NCBI GenBank assembly: GCA_002269645.1
Contig: NIVC01000778.1
Span: 186,001-250,000 of the forward strand
Reading direction: 5' to 3'
DNA: 64,000 nt
Source: Macrostomum lignano
Taxonomy: Eukaryota
Each line of letters starts with the position of its first letter. The first letter of the stretch is position 1. Of the stretch, positions 40,865-51,700 are shown piece by piece. The notes beneath the pieces were generated by a model. That model ran no database searches, was not told where the DNA came from, and saw only the letters and a list, made by a program, of their open reading frames with translations. The translations under genes and the position numbers were made by a program.

Positions 40865-43760
40865 TGACCCGAGTTCAACTGAGTTGTCGAGCGACCTTGT
40901 GTTTGCAGTTTGGCGGGAAGAGCTGGCTGGGACCGAGATGCCGGAGGACCGTGTCAGGTTCGTGCTCGATGGTGTGAAGAATGGCTTTCGAATTACTAAT
41001 AAAGTGATGGATTGTTAGAACCACACTGAGATGGCAAATCACAGATCAGCTACCATTCACCAGCAAGCTGTTGAGGCCCAGGTGCGCCAGGAGCTTAAGC
41101 AGAACCGCTACAGGCGCTGCCAGGCAGGCAACCGGCCGCTCATCGTTAGTGCGCTTGGTGCGATCCCTAAAGGCGGATTCGTCTTCCATCCGCCTTATTC
41201 ACGACTGCAGCCTGCCAACTGGCGTCTCTGTGAATGATTTCTTTGAGTCGAAACGGAAGTTGCGTTTTACTTCGGCCAGCAACTTTGCCTCGAAGCTGTA
41301 CAGCGGCGCGTACATGTGCTGTACGACACGCGGCTCCCGTTTGGTGCTTCGGCTTCCGTCTTCTGCTTTTACGAGCTGAGCCAAGCTGTCCGTTTTATGA
41401 TGTTGAAGCATGGTTTCTACGCTATGGAGGCCTACATGGATGACTTCGCCTTTTGTGGAGATATGGAGTCCTGCTGGAAGTTCTACAACCATCTCATCGA
41501 TCTGCTCGAGCGGCTAGGCTTCACCGTTAATCGTAGCAAGTGTGTTCCGCCGACAACGCGGATGACCTTTCTGGGCATTTTATTTGATAGTGTGGCAGGC
41601 CAGATGTCTCTTCCTGCCGAAAAAGTCCAAGACTTGTTGCATGTTTTATCTCTCTACTCTTCAAAGAAAAGGCTGTCAAAGTCGTGTTTGCAGAAGTTGA
41701 TCGGCAAGTTAAACTGGGCGTCGCAAGTTGTTCGGCACGGGAGAGTTTTCCTCCGACCTCTTATCGACATTGTTAACAAGCTGCATCGGCCTCATGACAG
41801 GGTTCTTGTTAGCCCCTGCGTGGTGCACCACCTCTCCTGGTGGCGTTTGGCTTTGCAGCATCGCATCGGTGTTGGCCTGTGGACTTCGCCGAGGGCTTGT
41901 GTTGCCATTGAGACTGACTCGTCGTCTTCAGGCGCCGCGGCGGTGCTCCGTGACGGTGATGGAATTCGTGATTGGTGCTTCATTGACTGGCAGATTGACG
42001 CAAATGGTGTTTTTCAGGATTAATGCATCAATTACAAGGAGGCTGTGGTTATATTGCTGGCTGTTTTGAGATGGGGCCAATCCTTGGCTGGCTGTCGGCT
42101 TGCTGTGTACTGCGACAATGAGACGGCGTGTTGGATTCTAAGGCGAGGTGTTTCCAAGGACTCGCGTCTGATGTGGTTGCTGCGGTCTGTTGCGTTGCTC
42201 TGTCTGCGTTTTGACGTTGAATTTGCGGTCTTTCACGTTCCTTGTGCCTATCAGCTGTTTGCTGATGCAGGGTCCCGCCTGCACTCGCGTCATGTGTTGC
42301 TTAATTTTATTTTCCGTGTTTACGGGTCTGTGCAAGTTTGCCCTGTGGAGTTTTCGGATCACGCGTTTTCTGTTTTTGCCTCCCGCTTTTTATTTTCACA
42401 GGCCGCCTCCCTGCAACGCCGACCCTCGGTGCCGCCGCCTCCAGCCTCCTCGCCACAGCATACGCACCGCAGTCACGCAGGGCGATCTCATCGGCCGTCC
42501 GGTCCTGGCACAACTACTGCAACGAGAGAGGGACCAACCCGGCTCGATCCGACCGGTCAGTGCTACTCAACTACCTGGCTCACCTGGTCGAATGCCGCCT
42601 GAGATCGTTCAACAGTCTGCGTGTCCATGTCAGTGCACTGTCCAGCTGGTTCAAAGCCTGTGGTGCTGACGACCTAACAAAACACCACCTGGTCTCACTG
42701 CTCGTTCGCGGCGCTAAACGGAGGATGGGCCAGGGACCAAGACGGAAGCTGCCGATCTCGCCTGCTATGCTGCTGTCTGTGAAGAACCGGCTTAACTCGA
42801 GCAGTTCGCTTGACAGAGTCTGCTGGCTTGTGACGCTTATTGCCTGGTGGGGGATGTTTCGGCGCTCCAGTCTCCTGCCCAGTCAGCAGTCCGCTTCACC
42901 GATCTCCGTCTCAGCCTTCCAACGCCACCCGAAGGGGGTTGTGCTCTCTGTCAGTTATGGCAAGACGAACCAGTTCGGCACGAAGCTGCACCGGGTGTTA
43001 CTTCCAAGACTAAAAGAAGGACATCCGCTTTGCCCTGTGGCTGCGCTAGAGAGTCATCTCCGTGTCAGCAAGCTTGGCTGCAGGCAGCCTGTGTTCTCCT
43101 ACCAGTTGGCGAGCGAATCCTCTGTTGTCCTGTCTGCCTCAAGATTCGACAGGTTCCTCAAGCGCTGCCTAGCAACTGCGGAGCAGGACGCTCGTTCTTT
43201 CTCAGCGCACAGCCTGCGCAGAGGTGGTGCCACCTGGGCCTACCGTCTCGGACTATCTGTTCAAGAGGTGAAGTGCATCGGTGACTGGCGAAGTGATGGT
43301 GTGACTGCCTACCTTCCATCTGCTGATTCTGTGCGGGCTGGTTCGCGTTTTGCTGGTGCTTTTAGCGAGAGTTGCCTTTAAATGACTTTTGCTTGTGTTC
43401 ATGGTTTTATTTCCGCTCTTAACCCCTGTCTTAATTTCCGCCTTTTTGTAAAGTCTCTCCTTCGTTCATTCATTTGTTTGGCCTTGGGGTGCATCCCTCT
43501 GGCTTTTCGCTGCTGCCTCGCCATCGCCACACTCGGTTGTCTTTGCCTCCCCTTCACTAATGCATCGTTTGCGCGAGCCCGCGAGTTTGGGTGCTGGCTG
43601 TCTGGTAGGGTGGTGGGTGCGTTTGTGCGTGCGCGTGCCTATTTAGGCCGCCACCTTTGTGGCTGCGCGGGTTTGTTCGCGGTTGAATTTTTTTCTCGCT
43701 ATAATTTATAATTTTTAATCATTCTATTCGCTTTAACATGCCTCTATGCGAGACAAAACC
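40865..43760 (+). mobile_element. DIRS-order (Ngaro-like) tyrosine-recombinase retrotransposon, 5'-truncated
   Basis: Pol N-terminus VWREEL...FVLDGVKNGFRI; RT SALGAIPK, RLIHDCS.P.G.SVND, DTRLPFG, YMDDF, TFLGILFDS; RNase H ETDSS, INYKEA, CDN; overlapping YR ORF. In-frame stops at 41016 and 42021 plus frameshifts. gag is absent. The 3' boundary is approximate. Confidence 0.88.
42338..43381 (+). CDS. Tyrosine recombinase of the DIRS/Ngaro element (open frame; true start uncertain)
   Basis: MFRRSSLL (R), GKTNQ (K), FSAHSLRRGGAT (HxxR), IGDWRSDGV..Y (W, Y) all lie in one uninterrupted frame. Confidence 0.85.
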   Translation: MPCGVFGSRVFCFCLPLFIFTGRLPATPTLGAAASSLLATAYAPQSRRAISSAVRSWHNYCNERGTNPARSDRSVLLNYLAHLVECRLRSFNSLRVHVSALSSWFKACGADDLTKHHLVSLLVRGAKRRMGQGPRRKLPISPAMLLSVKNRLNSSSSLDRVCWLVTLIAWWGMFRRSSLLPSQQSASPISVSAFQRHPKGVVLSVSYGKTNQFGTKLHRVLLPRLKEGHPLCPVAALESHLRVSKLGCRQPVFSYQLASESSVVLSASRFDRFLKRCLATAEQDARSFSAHSLRRGGATWAYRLGLSVQEVKCIGDWRSDGVTAYLPSADSVRAGSRFAGAFSESCL

Positions 43761-44209
43761 AAGGATGCTTTCCGAAGAGCCCAACTGCCCTGTAGTTCTA
43801 AAGAAACCCCAAATTTAGCTATTTACGCCCGCTCTAATTATTTCCCTTAGTTGAAACTACTAATAGTAGCGTAAAAGCATATTTAAACCCGCAATTAATT
43901 CCTGTTCCTAAAATAATGCCCTACTACATTACTTTAATAAAATTTACATCCATGTGCAAAAATCTGTGTCGAAATAGAATGTGACTTTGTTTCTTTTGAA
44001 TTTCAAATCTGCGCATGCGCGTCACTCGGGGACAGTTTTGGCCACAGACAGTCTGAATTGAAGTTCTTCTGTTTCAATAGAAAGACTTTGTTTGAATTGA
44101 ATTTCCGCAAGGGCTGATATTTCTTAAAGTGTTTGAATTGAAGTTCTAGGCCCTAGAAAAATAGTGCCCGGAAAAGCGTGCTTTATCTTCTACATAGCTT
44201 CAGTTTTCC

Positions 44210-45603
44210 TTGGACGGCTCTCCCATGTTGTTCAATCGGTAAATTCTAGTGGTCCTTGGACAGCTCTCCCATGTTGTTTAATCAGAAAATTCTAGTGGTC
44301 CTTGGACTGCTCTCCCATGTTGTTTAATCAGAAAATTCTAGTGGTCCTTGGACTGCTCTCCCATGTTGTTTAATCAGAAAATTCTAGTGGTCCTTGGACT
44401 GCTCTCCCATGTTGTTTAATCAGTAACTTCTAGTGGTCCTTGGACGGCTCTCCCATGTTGTTTAATCAGTAACTTTTAGTGGTCCTTGGACGGCTCTCCC
44501 ATGTTGTTTAATCAGTAACTTCTAGTGGTCCTTGGACTGCTCTCCCATGTTGTTTAATCAGTAACTTTTAGTGGTCCTTGGACTGCTCTCCCATGTTGTT
44601 TAATCAGAAAATTCTAGTGGTCCTTGGACTGCTCTCCCATGTTGTTTAATCAGAAAATTCTAGTGGTCCTTGGACTGCTCTCCCATGTTGTTTAATCAGA
44701 AAATTCTAGTGGTCCTTGGACTGCTCTCCCATGTTGTTTAATCAGAAAATTCTAGTGGTCCTTGGACGGCTCTCCCATGTTGTTTAATCAGAAAATTCTA
44801 GTGGTCCTTGGACGGCTCTCCCATGTTGTTTAATCAGAAAATTCTAGTGGTCCTTGGACGGCTCTCCCATGTTGTTTAATCAGAAAATTCTAGTGGTCCT
44901 TGGACGGCTCTCCCATGTTGTTTAATCAGAAAATTCTAGTGGTCCTTGGACGGCTCTCCCATGTTGTTTAATCAGAAAATTCTAGTGGTCCTTGGACAGC
45001 TCTCCCATGTTGTTTAATCAGAAAATTCTAGTGGTCCTTGGACAGCTCTCCCATGTTGTTTAATCAGAAAATTCTAGTGGTCCTTGGACGGCTCTCCCAT
45101 GTTGTTTAATCAGTAACTTCTAGTGGTCCTTGGACTGCTCTCCCATGTTGTTTAATCAGAAAATTCTAGTGGTCCTTGGACGGCTCTCCCATGTTGTTTA
45201 ATCAGAAAATTCTAGTGGTCCTTGGACGGCTCTCCCATGTTGTTTAATCAGTAACTTCTAGTGGTCCTTGGACTGCTCTCCCATGTTGTTTAATCAGAAA
45301 ATTCTAGTGGTCCTTGGACGGCTCTCCCATGTTGTTTAATCAGAAAATTCTAGTGGTCCTTGGACGGCTCTCCCATGTTGTTTAATCAGTAACTTCTAGT
45401 GGTCCTTGGACTGCTCTCCCATGTTGTTTAATCAGAAAATTCTAGTGGTCCTTGGACGGCTCTCCCATGTTGTTTAATCGGAAAATTCTAGTGGTCCTTG
45501 GACGGCTCTCCCATATTGTTTAATCAGTAACTTCTAGTGGTCCTTGGACAGCTCTCCCGTGTTGTTTAATCAGAAAATTCTAGTGGTCCTTGGACGGCTC
45601 TCC
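44210..45603. repeat. 46-bp minisatellite, about 30 copies
   Basis: ctctcccatgttgtttaatcagaaaattctagtggtccttggacgg head-to-tail, with no unique spacers. Confidence 0.95.
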
Positions 45604-46494
45604 CGTGTTCGTTATTGATATATGACAGTAGGCCGTCAGAAGAGCTGTCATACTATCATATATACGCCTTTGTATATGAAATGATAACAAAAATATAATT
45701 TTTTAACTCTGCAACTGGCTAATGCATTTTAGCTAGCATATTATCCTGCTAAAATACTGACCTCTAACTTTAGTAGCCCAACACAAGTCAAAAAGCTTAA
45801 GCCAGTCTCTGCAGTCTCCAATTTCTATAGCGATGCAGCTGTGTGTATAAAGCATTAAACCTGCATAAGAATTGGCACACCTGTCTCGCACCTGGAATTT
45901 TAATTACGGACCCGGTTATACTACAGCTAATCCTTCTTCTTCTAACAGACATTTAGCCCTGTGGAATGGGAGACAGGTTTTATATGGTCTGCAATGGGAT
46001 GTGCGGAAAAGATATGCTTAATCCATGCATCGATCCAATATCACCGTTCAGTACTTAGCTTCAGGTTTGGGACTTCAGCTTGTACCAGCGTCTCAGCTAC
46101 ATCTTACATATACCATCTTGTTTTAAAACTTTTAAATTCGTTTTGGAGCGGAGTTCAATGGTTTATAATCTTTTTCCTTTCGGGTCTGAAAAACAATGTT
46201 TTTGTCTATTCTCCTATTTGCAACGAAAAGTAGTGTATTTCAGATTTTTACTTTAATTATATTGAAAACGTGTGTGCATCACGCTAGGAGTACGCAGAAT
46301 TCTTCGATGATTTGTGACGTTTAATAAATGGCACTCGACTAAAGAAAGCAAAAAATGCATACTTTATATACTTCATGAATGAAATTCGTACTTTATTTAA
46401 GTAAATTTCCTAACAAGTTTCCTGGAAAGGATCTGAAAATGCCCGAATAAATGAAGACTTCTGCTACTGATATTTCGGCAAAAAGTTTTATTAC

Positions 46495-48058
46495 CTGTCT
46501 TTTGGTTGTGCACTACCCGTCTCTTGGTTGTGCACTACCCGTCTCTTGGTTGTGCACTACCCGTCTCTTGGTTGTGCACTACCTGTCTCTTGGTTGTGCA
46601 CTACCTGTCTCTTGGTTGTGCACTACCCGTCTCTTGGTTGTGCACTACCTGTCTCTTGGTTGTGCACTACCCGTCTCTTGGTTGTGCACTACCCGTCTCT
46701 TGGTTGTGCACTACCCGTCTCTTGGTTGTGCACTACCCGTCTCTTGGTTGTGCACTACCCGTCTCTTGGTTGTGCACTACCCGTCTCTTGGTTGTGCACT
46801 ACCTGTCTCTTGGTTGTGCACTACCTGTCTCTTGGTTGTGCACTACCTGTCTCTTGGTTGTGCACTACCTGTCTCTTGGTTGTGCACTACCTGTCTCTTG
46901 GTTGTGCACTACCCGTCTCTTGGTTGTGCACTACCCGTCTCTTGGTTGTGCACTACCCGTCTCTTGGTTGTGCACTACCTGTCTCTTGGTTGTGCACTAC
47001 CTGTCTGTTGGTTGTGCACTACCTGTCTCTTGGTTGTGCACTACCCGTCTCTTGGTTGTGCACTACCCGTCTCTTGGTTGTGCACTACCTGTCTCTTGGT
47101 TGTGCACTACCTGTCTCTTGGTTGTGCACTACCTGTCTCTTGGTTGTGCACTACCTGTCTGTTGGTTGTGCACTACCTGTCTCTTGGTTGTGCACTACCT
47201 GTCTCTTGGTTGTGCACTACCTGTCTGTTGGTTGTGCACTACCTGTCTCTTGGTTGTGCACTACCCGTCTCTTGGTTGTGCACTACCCGTCTCTTGGTTG
47301 TGCACTACCCGTCTCTTGGTTGTGCACTACCCGTCTCTTGGTTGTGCACTACCCGTCTTTTGGTTGTGCACTACCTGTCTCTTGGTTGTGCACTACCTGT
47401 CTCGTGGTTGTGCACTACCTGTCTCTTGGTTGTGCACTACCTGTCTCTTGGTTGTGCACTACCTGTCTCTTGGTTGTGCACTACCTGTCTCTTGGTTGTG
47501 CACTACCTGTCTGTTGGTTGTGCACTACCTGTCTCTTGGTTGTGCACTACCCGTCTCTTGGTTGTGCACTACCCGTCTCTTGGTTGTGCACTACCCGTCT
47601 CTTGGTTGTGCACTACCCGTCTCTTGGTTGTGCACTACCCGTCTTTTGGTTGTGCACTACCTGTCTCTTGGTTGTGCACTACCTGTCTCTTGGTTGTGCA
47701 CTACCTGTCTCTTGGTTGTGCACTACCTGTCTCTTGGTTGTGCACTACCTGTCTCTTGGTTGTGCACTACCTGTCTGTTGGTTGTGCACTACCTGTCTCT
47801 TGGTTGTGCACTACCCGTCTCTTGGTTGTGCACTACCCGTCTCTTGGTTGTGCACTACCTGTCTCTTGGTTGTGCACTACCTGTCTCTTGGTTGTGCACT
47901 ACCTGTCTCTTGGTTGTGCACTACCTGTCTCTTGGTTGTGCACTACCCGTCTCTTGGTTGTGCACCACCTGTCTCTTGGTTGTGCACCACCTGTCTCTTG
48001 GTTGTGCACCACCTGTCTCTTGGTTGTGCACCACCTGTCTCTTGGTTGTGCACCGCCT
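46495..48058. repeat. 22-bp minisatellite, about 70 copies (tggttgtgcactacctgtctct)
   Basis: Tandem copies. The three ~520-aa ORFs over it are artefacts. Confidence 0.97.
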
Positions 48059-48718
48059 GTGACATAGCTATTAATGAAGCATTTTGCGATCTATATACAT
48101 ATAGCTATCGTTAGCAGCCAAATGAGGGAGAATTACAGTAGGTTTACACGAGAAATAATTGATGTTAACTGCGGTATATGCATGTGCAGAGCATAGATAT
48201 TGATTGTTTAGTTTACTTAGTGTCGGCTGACCTTTCAAAGTAGACGGTATGTTAGTTAAGTTTCGGTAGAAGTTTATAGAAGTTAAGCATTTTCAAAAAT
48301 CAGAAATGACAAACTTTAATGGAAGAAACAATAAAAAAGTGCAACAGAGGGGCTTTATGATACACATGAATATTTTTCCAGGTTATTTTTGCTAGCCCAC
48401 TTTTCAGGTGAAACTAAATGTGAAGCTCATTGACAGACTTTTTAGACAGAACAAAGCCCTGAAAAGGCATCAGCTATAGCACTCACTTCATGCTAGTGAA
48501 AAATGTTTTGAATTATGTATTCAAAGTATGTAGTTTTGATTGATGACTCTGATTGCAATGCTATCACATTTTGATCAGTAGCTAATATATATGCCTGCAG
48601 GTATACAATTCTGGCACGCCCTCCCCAATAGGTCTTATCAGGCCTTTATTGTCATACTGCATAACACCTGATCTCAATTAGAGGCAAATATGACGTCATC
48701 AAGTTTTCCTATACAGCT

Positions 48719-51700
48719 CTAAGCTCGACTGTCAGCCAGATTGGCGTCCTCTCCCTCCTCATCGCAGCCTTCCTCAGAAGTTGCCGAATTCGGTCCGTAG
48801 ACTAATTCGCTGATGCTGGCGGATTGTCTGCAGCAGCAGCAGCAGCAGCAACAACAAGCCAGACTTGCCGCCCGACGGATGCTGGCGTCAACCAGCAGGA
48901 AGAACAGTGGATAGGCCACGCAAGTGGCGTAGGCTATCCACTTCATATTGGAGACGCTTCTTGCGGACGGGCCGAGTCCATCCCGGCAGGCGGTGACGCT
49001 GTCGCAGAGGCAGTAGAGCAGAATGCCCAGACTGTGCGGCGACCAGAGCACCAGGCTGACCGCAAATGCGCACAGGTTTAATTGGCAGGCGGATTTCTCG
49101 CTGCGCAGCATCCGACGCCAGGAATTGTTGACCAGTTGACGTCTGCGACGCTTCTGCTTCTGGTCAGATGCTTGGCTGTGGCGATGCTGCTGCTGCTGCT
49201 GAATCTGAATTGCGTCGTCCTCGTCGTAGGAGAATGCCGATGCTGGAATCTCCATCGGAGTTTGAGCTTGTTGTTGATTTAGCAGAGCTTGACTATGCAC
49301 TGGACAGGTTGTCATAGCAACTGGGAGGAGCTCCTTCGGGATTGGGAAACCTCTGGGATTCAGTGTCAAACTGGCGCCTCTCTCGCCGCCATTGTTCTTC
49401 GCGGCTCCGCTAGACTTGAAAGTGTGACAGCTGCGACTCGACGGCACATTGCAGGCCGGGCCGCCGCCGTGAGACTCCTCCGGCGCCTCGGGTATCGGGG
49501 TCATTCGGTACAGCTCGTAGGCGCTGGTCGCGTCCCGGCTCAGCGAGCTGCTGCTACCGCCGCCGTTTCCTCCACCGTAGGCCAGCAGCGTCTCCCTTGT
49601 GCAGTCTCTCGGTACCGAAGTGCTATGAATTGTTGCCGAGGACGAGGATGATGATGAAGCCGCGTAGGAGCCTGGATAGCGCTGACCGAGAGTGTGCGCT
49701 CTCTGATGCTGATGACGGTAGCTGTCCGTTTCTGAGATGCAGGTGACATCAAGGACTCGACAGCTGCCGCCACCTCCGCCGCCAATGGATGACGCCGATT
49801 CCAGGTCGGACTGCTGCTTGTGATAGGATCTGCAATTGCAATTTTTGCGTATTACGATGTTCGGTCATTCTCAGATATCTCTATCTCTGAAATTTATTTC
49901 GAAGAAGGCCTTTTTGGTATTCAAATATGTTTTCTGTTGGTTCTTTCCGTAGTATCTAGAAGGCCGAATTCGATAAGCCGGAGGATTAATTCTGGGAGGT
50001 TTACGAGCTAAAGCATTTTTTGCGTCTAAAAACCTTGCGTGTGTATTCGGAACTCAAAAGTCTTCTGTAGCATCTGGACACAGCCTTCTGTGTGAGCTCA
50101 GAAGTCTTCTGCAGCATCTGGACACAGCCTTCTGTGTGACCTCAAAAGTCTTCTGTAGCATCTGGACACAGCCTTCTGTGTGAGCTCAGAAGTCTTCTGT
50201 AGGATCTGGACACAGCCTTCTGTGTGACCTCAAAAGTCTTCTGTAGCATCTGGACACAGCCTTCTGTGTGAGCTCAGAAGTCTTCTGTAGGATCTGGACA
50301 CAGCCTTCTGTGTGACCTCAAAAGTCTTCTGTAGCATCTGGACACAGCCTTCTGTGAGACCTCAAAAGTCTTCTGTATAGCATCTGGACACAGCCTTCTG
50401 TGTGACCTCAAAAGTATTCTGTAGCATCTGGACACAGCCTTCTGTGTGACCTCAAAAGTCTTCTGTATAGCATCTGGACACAGCCTTCTGTGTGATCTCA
50501 AAAGTCTTCTGTAGCATCTGGGACACAGCCTTCTGTGTGAGCTCAGAAGTCTTCTGCAGCATCTGGACACAGCCTTCTGTGTGACCTCAAAAGTCTTCTG
50601 TAGCATCTGGACACAGCCTTCTGTGTGACCTCAAAAGTCTTCTGTATAGCATCTGGACACAGCCTTCTGTGTGAGCTCAAAAGTCTTCTGTAGCATCTGG
50701 ACACAGTCTTCTGTGTGATCTCACAAGTATTCTACACAAAAATCCTGCGCATTTCTTGCAGTCTGTCAGACTCTGTCAAACTGAATTCAGCAACCTCCAT
50801 GCACTGTACTCACCTGATGAGCTCGCTGACCAACTCAGGATCTTGCTGTCCCCTGACCGAAGCCAGCTGACAGAAACCCAGACACAGCATCAGCAGGCTG
50901 GCTAAGCAGGGCACCCCGTACGACATGCAGGCTCGCAGGATGACAAAGTTGGGATCGCGGTGCAGGCAGACTCCCGCGGAGCTGTCAAACAAATTCTCGT
51001 GCCGTTTGCTGATGGCGAACTCGGCCGTAGTCTGGATGAAGCTGACGCTCCAAGGTGCGCCAAGTTTTAGGCAGGTCGAGCCGCGAGTCGTTGAGTAGGC
51101 GTAGCGCATTGGATACCGAAGCCTCAGCCAGGTGTCAATGGTGGAGCCGAGGCAGTGCAGGAACACCAGGTTGCACAGGAACGTGTCCATGTAGATCCAG
51201 GCGATGCACAGGGTGTTCATCAGACTGGCATGGCCCCCGCCTGTGTAGGTATTTAATAACTACATAGGTTTTATGGCGAGAGGACAAAGCCAAGAATTCT
51301 GCATAACTAAATTCCTAAATTATTTGAAAATAGGTACTGTTGTTAATCTTCATTTTGACGCCACAGGCACTCATTTTGGCTCCACAGGTACAAAAGACTA
51401 ACAAGGCTGGATCTCAGAGAGTGACAAATTTTGATGTTAGAGAGGGACAAAGTTTAATGTCAGTCAGAGAGTGAAAAATTCTGGTGTTAGAGAGTGACAA
51501 ATTTTGATGTTAGAGAGTGACAAAGTTTAGTGTCAGAGAGTGACAAATTTTGATGTTAGAGAGTGACAAAGTTTAGTGTCAGAGAGTGACAAATTTTGGT
51601 GTTAGAGAGTGACAAATTTGGTGGCAGAGAGTCACAAATTTTAGTGTCAGAGAGTGACAAATTTTGGTGGCAGAGAGTGACAAATTTTAGTGTCAGAGAG

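Noticed and set aside
44210-45603. CRISPR-like regular array
   Set aside because: Units are head-to-tail with no unique spacers, the context is eukaryotic and there are no cas genes.
46451-48114. Three ~520-540-aa ORFs
   Set aside because: They are translations of a stop-free 22-bp tandem repeat in all three frames, with no coding signature.
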